DNA from: Fonticula alba ATCC 38817
Taxonomy: Eukaryota > Protista > Nucleariida
DNA length: 17,891 nt
Reading direction: 5' to 3' (one strand)
Assembly: GCA_000388065.2 (NCBI GenBank)
Contig: KB932203.1
A program made the translations under genes and the position numbers. The notes beneath the pieces are model-generated. The model did not search any database. It saw nothing but the letters and a program-made list of their open reading frames with translations, and was not told the origin of the DNA. Positions 9,094 through 17,354 of this stretch are shown in pieces. Each line of letters opens with the position of its first letter. Position 1 is the first letter of the stretch.

Positions 9094-10526
9094 ATGATCG
9101 ACGGGGCACCGCCGACCCCGGCGCCCGGCAGGCCGCGGCCATCGAGTTCGGCTTTCGGCGCGCTGTCAGCGGCCGAGTGGGCGCCATCACCGCAGGCTGC
9201 CACGCCGCACAGCCGGGCCCTGGCACAGACCCCGCACGGGAGCCTCCCCCTGGGCGGCGGGCGCCAGCCACGCTTGCGCTTTGAGCTGGCTGGGCCCCTG
9301 CGCAGTGCCGTGCCGCACGAGTCGCTCGCGTGCTTCCTGCTCCCCCTGGTGGACAGCCCCCCGCTCGCCACCGTGGCCGACGTCCTGCGCTATGCGGTGT
9401 CCCAGTCGCCCCTGCCCTGGGACAGCAAGGCCCACCTGACCTCACCCACGTCGCAGATCACCCTCACCGCCTTCGTGGATGGATACTTCGTGGCGCCCGG
9501 CCTGCCGGCCTCCGCCCTCCAGGAATCCGACGTTGTCCAGTGTGTCCCGCAGAGGCCGGCCTCCGGTTCTTTTTCCACTTTGCCCCTCCTCCGCCGCGTG
9601 GCCGTGCCCGGGGCCGACCCTTGCCCGGGGCCACCCCCTGCTGACCGCCATCTCGCTCCCCGCCCTCTGCCTGCCTCCTCTTTTTTTTTGCATCCCCCCG
9701 CCCCTGCAGGATCATCGCCTTCGGGCCCCAGGGCGCCCCGGTCACGCCCCAGGAGGCCCTGGGCGCACAGGCAGCCGCCCCGGCCCTTGTGCCGGGCGTC
9801 CCACAGCAGCCGGCCATCCCGGTTCCGGTCGCTGTGGCGGCTGCCGCGTCGGATCCGGACAAGCGTGAAACCAGTCGATCGCGGCGACTCCGCCGCCAGC
9901 GGCAATTTGACCGGCTCCGATGCCTGGTCCAATCGAAGGCGGTGCTCGAGGAGGCTGGCGCCGACCAGTCCCCTGCCACGGGTGCTGGTGCTGGCCCGGT
10001 CGGCGCCGCTGTCGCCATGGAGGCGCTGACTCCCGGCCGGGCGCCGCGTGACACGCGGCGCCCGGCTCCGACCGCCACGCCCGTCGACAGCACTCCCCAG
10101 GCCATCGCCATCAAGCCGGCTGCCACCGCCGTCACCACCGCCCCGGCTGCTGCTGTCACTCCTGCTGCTGGCCGGGCTCCTCCCCCCCGGGCGGCCACTT
10201 CGGCCGCCGAGCTGGCCGCCGCCGGGTCCCTGTCCTTCTCCCCGCCGGCCCCGGCGTCCGGGCTCCTTCCTCCCTCCACTCCGGCTGCGGCTCCCGTCAC
10301 GAGCTCCCCCTCGGCCGATGGGCCGATCTCGAAGGCGGCCGGCTTGACACCGAGCGCTGCTGCCACGCAGCCCCTGCTCCGGCCCGGTCGCCGGGTGGGC
10401 CAGTCTCGTGGGCGCGCGCCAGGCGGCTTCCCCATGACATCCATCACGTCGGCCCTGGCGGCTCTGGCGGAAAAGCCCCTTCCCGTTCCCGACACCCCGG
10501 TGTCTGCACCGTCGTCACCCCAGCTT

Positions 10527-10561
<35 letters not shown>

Positions 10562-10739
10562 ACAGAAACAGCAGCAACCACGGCCCTTGACACCTGGGGT
10601 GGTGAAGAGCCAGAAGAAACGTGGCACGTCGGCACATGCCTCCATCCGCGATGCCCTGGCCCGGGCCCTGGACGGGACCCCGCCGGCGGTCACGCGCTTT
10701 GAGGACTCGGATGATGAGGCGACCGTTGTTGCTGCTGCT

Positions 10740-10783
<44 letters not shown>

Positions 10784-11452
10784 TCCTGGCTCCCCCTCTC
10801 CGCTGGCTTCGAGTGAACCTCGGGCCATGGCTGCCGCCGCGGAGCCCATGGCTGCCCTGTCGCAGGAAGCCCTGTGTGCCTTGCCCCTCCGGACGGGCCC
10901 CCTCCAGGTGGGCAGCCAGATTGCCTTCCGCGTGCGTCCTTTTCAGCAATGGCCCACACACACACACACACACACACGTATGGACATCGATTACACGCTG
11001 TGCCTGGCTCTGACTTTCTGCACCGGCGCAGGAGCTGGAACTTACGACGTCCATGATCCCGGCACTGGGACCCCTGCGAGCGGCCACCGTCCATGCCCTC
11101 CCCCCCAGCGGGACCGGCAAGCTTACCCTGCATCTGCACCCCGCCTCTCGGGGGAAGGTGGTCACTGAAGCCCCGGAACCGGTGCGCCGAAGCCGCGCGG
11201 CCCGGGCCGACTCCAACCGCATGGACGAGGACAGTCCCTTCGCCGATGCCGAGGGCGATCAGCCAGCCGCCGATCCGGCCGAGGATCTGTTCCCGGTACG
11301 TGAAGGAAGCCACGCCCTCCTTTGGTCCAGCTGCTGCCCCCCCCCCCCCCCCCCCTGATAACTGACAAGCCGCCCCCTCCCCCCCCCAGGAATACATCCA
11401 GCGGGAGCCGCGCTTCATGCAGGATGTTCGCGATGCTACTGGCCTCTGGTAA
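9094..11452 (+). CDS. COIL: Coilin-like protein (Cajal body scaffold). Proposed exons: 9094-9539, 9710-10931, 11032-11295, 11390-11452; ~664 aa; may extend 5' into the gap
   Basis: The N-terminus RLRFELAGP...FLLPLVDSPPLATVADVLRYAV...LTAFVDGYFVAPGLPASALQESDVVQII matches the coilin_N pattern RLRL.F...v.Dl...L.v.G..l.P.....lre.D.v.v. The spliced C-terminus LPLRTGPLQVGSQIAFR|ELELTTSMIPALGPLRAATV matches the coilin Tudor-like LP....PQVG..IAFK.LELT...P...K.G. The middle is disordered with basic clusters and an RFEDSDDE motif. Three GT-AG introns; exon sum 1995 nt (divisible by 3). Confidence 0.78.
10528..10577 (+). repeat. Coding (CAG)n poly-Q in the coilin-like gene
   Basis: Direct reading: QQQQQQQQQQQKQKQQQ. 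Confidence 0.9.
10730..10782 (+). repeat. Coding (GCT/GCG)n poly-Ala in the coilin-like gene
   Basis: Direct reading. Confidence 0.9.
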
Positions 11453-11716
11453 ATATAGACTTCCCCCCCCCCCCTTCCCGAAATCCCAGCACCCTGCCGC
11501 CCTACCTACCTGCGCCCTGCTGGCAAGGTGAACTAAAAGGATGAATGTTACTCAAGGTCACAAGGGGGAAGCGAGAGGGAGGGAGAGAGAGAGAGAGACA
11601 AAGAGAAAGAGAGACAGAGAGGCAGCAGGAGAGGGGGATTAAGGAGGGAGCCAGATGCATGGCACGAGCAACGCGCACAGATGCACACCAGCCCCCCCCC
11701 CCCCCATGGGCGCCGG

Positions 11717-12610
11717 TCAAGGTTTCACCTCCGGGTAGGACTGTTCGGTCAGCCAGACAACCCAGCGCTTGAGCGATTGTCCGATCGACTCCGGCGAGCT
11801 GTCTCCCTCCAGATCCTCGGCCAGCGGGCTGGAGTCGTAGCCCATGCCGCCGGCCAATAGCCCACTGCTGTCGGGGGGCCCGCCGGCTGCGCTCAGGCGC
11901 GTCACCGAGCCGTAACTGGCCAGCGGGTCGGTGCCTGCAGATGCCGCCGAGGGTGCTGGCGACAGTGGCCCACCGTCGTAGCCCTGAATGCTGGGGCTCG
12001 CCCGGGGCGTGGCGGCCTGCTTGCCCCCGGCTCCCGGGGCCAATTGGCCCTTCAGCAGGAGGTCCGGGCTTTGGGATGCCGACAGGCCGGCCACCGACCG
12101 GGGCGATGCCTGTCCCGTGACATAGGCACTGGAGTAGGCGCTGCTTCCGGGAGACACATCGCCATAGGGCCCGGGTGACCGGACGTCGGCCGGGTCCACG
12201 TCATGCCCGATGTCCGGGCTGTCGGGGGTCCGCAGGAGGCTGGCGCTGTCGCCAGACTCCAGGTCGTCGGGATCCTCGCGCGACCGGTAGAGGACATAGT
12301 GCTGGAACATGAAGATGAAGTCGAAGCTCATGGAAATCAAGCCCAGGAGCAGCTTCATCGGGTTGCCGGTGATGCCGGACCAGTCGCCTACCAAGCCAGG
12401 GAGACGCAGGGCAAATGGAGTGGAAGGGGGGGGGGGAATGCCGGGTACAGGGAGGAATGGTGAGTCTGGGAGAGAAGAGGAGGGTCGCCAAAGGGCAGTG
12501 GCAGGAGGAGGGTCGCACCGGCAATCCAGCAGTCCATAATTAGCTGCGACACTGAGAGGACGCCACCAACAAGGTCCTTTGGGAGGAGGGGAGCCAGCGC
12601 GATAGCAGCC

Positions 12611-12652
<42 letters not shown>

Positions 12653-13924
12653 GTGTGTTCGTGTGTTCGTGTGTCCGTGTGTCCGTGTGTCCGTGTGTCC
12701 GTGCGTCCGTGTGTCCGTGCGTCCGTGTGTCCGTGTGTCCGTGTGTCCGTGTGTCCGTGTGTCCGTGCGTCCGTGTGTCCGTGTGTCCGTGTGTCCGTGT
12801 GTATGCATACGCCGCAGAGGGAGGTGAGAGGCGGATGACAAGCCAACAGAACGGAGTCCCAGAGGGGGGAGAGAGAGAGAGAAAGAACAAAGAGGCCGCC
12901 GCACGCACCAGCAACACATTCCGGATACTCCAGCCGACGGTGGACTTGCGCAAATAATTGAGGATCATCTGGGGGAAGTACTTGACCAGGGAAATGACCA
13001 GCTTGGTGTAGCTGGCCGCATAGAGGAAGTCCAGCCAGTGGCGCTTCTCTTGGAAGGGATCCGACACGCCCAGCAGCAGGGCATACAGGCTAAGAGCCAC
13101 CACGGCCAGCACAATATTGATGATGCTCAGACGGGAGAAGCGCTGACGTCCGCCCTGCGGTTGGTTCACAAGAGAAGGTGGAGGAGGGGCGGGGGCCGAG
13201 GTCAGAGACTCCGACCGTGAATAGCCCGGAGAACATGGACATGCGCCCACGCGCCAATGCACCCACATAAATGCATGCATAGATATACCCATATGCACGC
13301 ATGTACGCATGCACGCACCTTGAAAATGAAAATCTGAACCAGCCCCAGGCCCGTGAGGACCAACGCGTGGATGGCGAAGGCCAGATCGTTCGGCGCCACG
13401 GCCGGCTCCTTGCCGTTGTTGCGGTCGGCATACTCCTCGCGCACCCCGGGGGCCAGGGCCAGAGAGAAGTTGTAGATCGTCATGCAAAAGAAGCCAAGGA
13501 TGTTGTAGCCAACAAAATCGAAGGAGAGGCCGGTGACACTGAGACAGGCTGCGTCAGAGATGGACATGCTGGAGGGGAGAGGGAGGGAGAAGCAGAGAAA
13601 CAGGGAGGAGGGAGGAGGGCAGGGGGAGGGGGGGGGCGATGCCGCCGAGGTTCCGGACAGGACGTACGCCTTTCTCCGGAAGTTAACAATCAACTGAGGA
13701 TAAAAGGAGATGGACCACGCGGCGAAGTACGTCTGGGGAGGTCACACGGCCATGTCAACAGATCGCCGGGGGGGGGGGCGGGGGGCGGCCAGGTCGGCGA
13801 AGCAAGGAAGAGACAGAAGCCCACGCACCCAGCCAATGACAGCCGAGAAGTTCTGCCACGGGGTGGGATTGTCCGGCGCGGTCGCCAGGAACGACCGGCC
13901 CAGGGCTGCAAGCGTTGCCGCCAT
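11717..13924 (-). CDS. CTNS: Cystinosin/Ers1-family PQ-loop lysosomal/vacuolar transporter. Proposed exons: 13924-13829, 13732-13668, 13538-13319, 13154-12909, 12576-12519, 12387-11717; ~451 aa
   Basis: The spliced product contains SAVIGW|[71 protein letters not shown]|[12 protein letters not shown] and [27 protein letters not shown], all hallmark cystinosin motifs including both PQ loops. Five GT-AG introns; exon sum 1356 nt (divisible by 3). The upstream frame is open into the gap, so the start is provisional. Confidence 0.93.
12612..12802. repeat. (GT)n microsatellite followed by 19 copies of an 8-bp unit CCGTGTGT (variants TCGTGTGT, CCGTGCGT) at 12651-12802, in cystinosin intron 4
   Basis: Units counted directly; the array lies inside intron 12577-12908. 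Confidence 0.95.
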
Positions 13925-13962
13925 GGTGCGCGAATCGAGTGTATCGGAGCAGCCGGGGAGAG

Positions 13963-14410
13963 NNNNNNNNNNNNNNNNNNNNNNNNNNNNNNNNNNNNNN
14001 NNNNNNNNNNNNNNNNNNNNNNNNNNNNNNNNNNNNNNNNNNNNNNNNNNNNNNNNNNNNNNNNNNNNNNNNNNNNNNNNNNNNNNNNNNNNNNNNNNNN
14101 NNNNNNNNNNNNNNNNNNNNNNNNNNNNNNNNNNNNNNNNNNNNNNNNNNNNNNNNNNNNNNNNNNNNNNNNNNNNNNNNNNNNNNNNNNNNNNNNNNNN
14201 NNNNNNNNNNNNNNNNNNNNNNNNNNNNNNNNNNNNNNNNNNNNNNNNNNNNNNNNNNNNNNNNNNNNNNNNNNNNNNNNNNNNNNNNNNNNNNNNNNNN
14301 NNNNNNNNNNNNNNNNNNNNNNNNNNNNNNNNNNNNNNNNNNNNNNNNNNNNNNNNNNNNNNNNNNNNNNNNNNNNNNNNNNNNNNNNNNNNNNNNNNNN
14401 NNNNNNNNNN
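13963..14410. other. Assembly gap (448 N)
   Basis: Run of N. Confidence 1.
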
Positions 14411-14940
14411 ATCTCCCGGCCGAGGCGGGCGGCGCTCTTCTGAGACGGGCCGAGGGGCAGGGGCGGGGAGGGGGGGGGGGGGCAATAAGGCAATATCGGA
14501 CACCCGCATTCAAAGGGGGGGGGAGAGAGAGAGAGGCCCGAATGAACAGGCTCCCCCTTGCCCGCGCGCCAGAGTACCTGGAACAAAGGGCGGCGCACCG
14601 CTTGGAGCGCGAGCGCCGGGCGGGCGGACGAGCGGGCGGGAGCCTGCGTACGCCAGTGTGAATTGTGATTAATAATCAATCTGTCTGGACTGGGGCGGGT
14701 GAAGCAATGCACCAGGTCCATTGGGGGTTTCGGTACATGATATTGTTTACAACGGGGCCTCCGATCGGCCAGCTGAGAGGGGCCCCGCCGGGTCTGCCCC
14801 CTGTGCCAAGGAAGACAGGCGCGCCTCGGGCGGCGAAGGAGCCGCAGCGAGGAAGCCAGCCCGGAGGGCTTTCAGGCCTCCAGGAGTGGCACAGGCCCCG
14901 GCGGGGGCCAACTGAGCGGGCGAGCCGGCACGCACCTCAT

Positions 14941-14953
14941 CCAATCAGTGACG
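14941..14953 (+). promoter_or_regulatory. Candidate CCAAT box (CCAATCAG) abutting a TGACG half-site in the CTNS/CYB5RL divergent region
   Basis: Motif match only, located between two divergently transcribed genes. Confidence 0.25.
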
Positions 14954-15171
14954 GCGGGGTGCGACCCGCGCCACGGCCCCCCCGGCAGTCGCGCGCACGC
15001 CCGACATCCCCCGGGGGGGGGGGGGGGGGGGCGAAGGACGAGCACGGGAAAAAGACGACACAAATCCAGGCCCCGAGCCCAGAGGCCCCCTCTCGTTCCG
15101 GCCCCCGCGCCCCCGGGGAGATCGTGTTCCCCGGCGGGGGAGGGGCACACCGCCAGACTGGGGAGGCCACT

Positions 15172-15207
<36 letters not shown>

Positions 15208-15696
15208 GACCGGCTCGCGCAGGCCGCTGTGACCGCCGGCCGAGACGGACGTGAGCGCCCCTGCCCAGCCCCCCGGAGGGCTGTGAAGCGTGGGCAGCCC
15301 CCGGTGGCCGGGATGCTCGCGCGTGAAAACGAACGACTGGGGCGCTCGTGGGACTTGGCAAGCCCGGCGTGATCCGATGCGAGATCAGGCGCACGTCACA
15401 CCCGCGGTTGAGTTGGCAGTTGATGCGCATCCGCGTGCGGCCCCCGATCGCCCTGGGGGCAAGACAGGAGGCGGGCGGGCGGGCTGGCGGGCGGGGAGTT
15501 GTCGCGATCTCTGATGGGGGGGGGGGGGGGGGGGCGCTTCCGGCCGCGTGCCCCCCGCCCCCCCCCCCCCCCCCCCTCCCCCCAGACGGGCCAAAGGGAG
15601 GGGCAGGGCGGGGAAAGGCCGAGCATGTCGGATCATCTTCTCCCCCTCCCCCCTTCTCTCCCTGCACTTTGCCTGATCCCCCCGCCCACCGCAGGC

Positions 15697-16914
15697 ATGT
15701 CTCCTGACCCGAAGGACACCGACCCGGATGACCCGCGCCCGACCATGCCGGCCGACAGCGACTGCTGCGGCACCGGCTGCGAGCCGTGCGTTTTCGACTT
15801 GTACGACCGGGACCTGGCAGCCTGGAAGCGCCGGCGCCTGGGGGCCGGCTCGGGCGCCGGGTCCTCTGTCGACCCGGCGGCCGCGCCACTGGACCAGCAG
15901 GAGTTCCGGCCATTTGTGGCGGCGCGCGTGCACCTCTCGCCGCCCGGGCCACATGCGCACCCCCGGAGCCTGGTCAGCCTGGTGGAGTTTGACGACTTGT
16001 CCAGCGCGCGGCTGGGGCCCTCTTTGACCGGGCCGGCGGCCATCGGGGCCCCGGGCAACCGGCATGTGTGGCTGCGCCCTTCGCTGGGTGATCCCTCCCG
16101 ACAGTATACGCCCTTCTGGTGGCCGGGGCCCGATGGCCGGCCGCGGGTGTATCTCTACTGCAAAACGGCCCCGGAATCGGCCATGAGCCGGGGGATTGCC
16201 GCGGCCGGGGCGGGCACCGCACTGCCCCTGCGCGGGGTGTCCGCCACCCCGTCCTCCCTGTGCCTGTCCCCGAACAAGGTAAGCCGCGCTCTTTGCCCCC
16301 GGCCCCCGGGCGATGGCTCATGCGCGCCACTGACCCCCCCCCCCCCCCTCCCCTCCCTTCCTTTGCCTGATGGCCGACTAACTTGCTCGGGGCCGGGCGG
16401 GTGACAGTTTCAGCGGGTGACCCTGCTCGCCGCTGGGTCCGGCATCGCGGCTTGCCTGCAAATCCTGTCGTCGATCCTGCTGAACGACCGCGATGACACG
16501 ATGCTGGACCTGGTGTGGGCGGTGCGTGACGACCAGGCCGAGATCGTCGCCCTGCCAGCGCTGCTGGACATCCTGGCCGCCATGAGTGAGTATGTCACCC
16601 TCCGGCCGCACCTGGTGGTATCGTCGGTGCCGCTGGCCGAGTCGGGAGCAGGCCCGGCGCCGGACCCCGGCCACGGCCGCCTGGGGCGGATCTTCCGATC
16701 GGTGACTCGGGGCCAGCGCCTGGACCAGGACCTACTCCTGGGCCAGGGGCCCGTGGCTCGGATGTTGGGCCTGGCCGCGGCCAAGCGGCCGGCCTTGACG
16801 CGCGGCCGCGAGGCGGCCTTCCTCTGCGGCCCGGCCACCTTCACGCGGGAAATGCGCCGGGTGCTGGTCGATGTGGCCGGCTGGCCGGCCGAACAGGTGG
16901 AGGAAGCAAACTAG
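15697..16914 (+). CDS. CYB5RL: NADH-cytochrome b5 reductase-like protein (Oxidored-like domain plus FNR-type FAD- and NAD-binding domains). Exons 15697-16278 and 16408-16914; ~362 aa
   Basis: PTMPADSDCCGTGCEPCVFDLYDRDLAAW matches the CYB5RL/OXLD1 motif P..P....CCG.GC.PCV.D.Y...L..W. Also present are HVWLR, RQYTP (FAD), YCK...AMSR, LLAAGSGI (NAD) and LCGP..F. Intron GTAAGC...CAG with a GACTAAC branch point. A CAG acceptor just before the ATG (15694) suggests an upstream intron, so the start could differ. Confidence 0.9.
16376..16382 (+). promoter_or_regulatory. Canonical-like intron branch point GACTAAC
   Basis: Lies ~25 nt upstream of the acceptor at 16407 in the CYB5RL intron. Confidence 0.7.
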
Positions 16915-17348
16915 ACGCCGAGTTGGTAACCCATGTATTCGGAATGACATTCTTCGCCTAAATTCGATCGGCCCCGCCACGCACGGACAGGCGTTGCATG
17001 ACCGGTGTAAGCCCCGGAACTCCGGCCGCGGGGTTGGCTGGCTGGCTGGCTGGCTGGCGGGGGAGGGGGGGGAGACCTGGGGGCGGGAGTCGGCGGCCGC
17101 TGAGTCCATTTCCCGGCCGGCCGGCCGGCCGGCCTGCGACGTGCGGCTTTCGCCCTTGCCAGAAAAAAGGTGGGGCGGTGTCCGGGTGCCGGGTATGTGT
17201 TTTCTTTTTTCCTTCCCCCAGGCCTGCGTTCGGAGCGAGTCGACAACCATGGCCGGGGTCGAGAGACGCCACAGGATGCCGGGCGATCGCTGGCGGATCG
17301 GAGTTATGAGGCACACCGCGAGCGGGGGGAGGGAGGGCCCGGGGGAGA

Positions 17349-17354
17349 AATAAA
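17349..17354 (+). other. Possible polyadenylation signal AATAAA for CYB5RL
   Basis: AATAAA in an A-rich patch ~435 nt after the stop codon, unusual in this GC-rich background. Use of this signal in the organism is unverified. Confidence 0.25.

Noticed and set aside
8142-9445. ORFs spanning the N-runs (also 13301-14721)
   Set aside because: Artefacts of translating assembly gaps.
12651-12802. 8-bp array as a CRISPR or telomeric repeat, or as (HTDTRT)n coding sequence
   Set aside because: No spacers, eukaryotic context, located inside a GT-AG intron, and derived from the adjacent GT microsatellite.
15385-15455. Possible - strand exon (AIGGRTRMRINCQLNRGCD) suggesting a small extra gene between CTNS and CYB5RL
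   Set aside because: Splice-like flanks exist, but I could not build a consistent multi-exon ORF or recognise a family. Needs RNA-seq.
15535-15545. CTTCCGG as an ETS-binding site
   Set aside because: ETS factors are essentially animal-specific, and a 7-mer is likely by chance in this composition.
11453-16914. Treating cystinosin plus CYB5RL (or all four genes) as a functional cluster
   Set aside because: All four belong to broadly conserved eukaryotic families with unrelated known roles. Adjacency in a compact genome is not evidence without synteny or co-expression.
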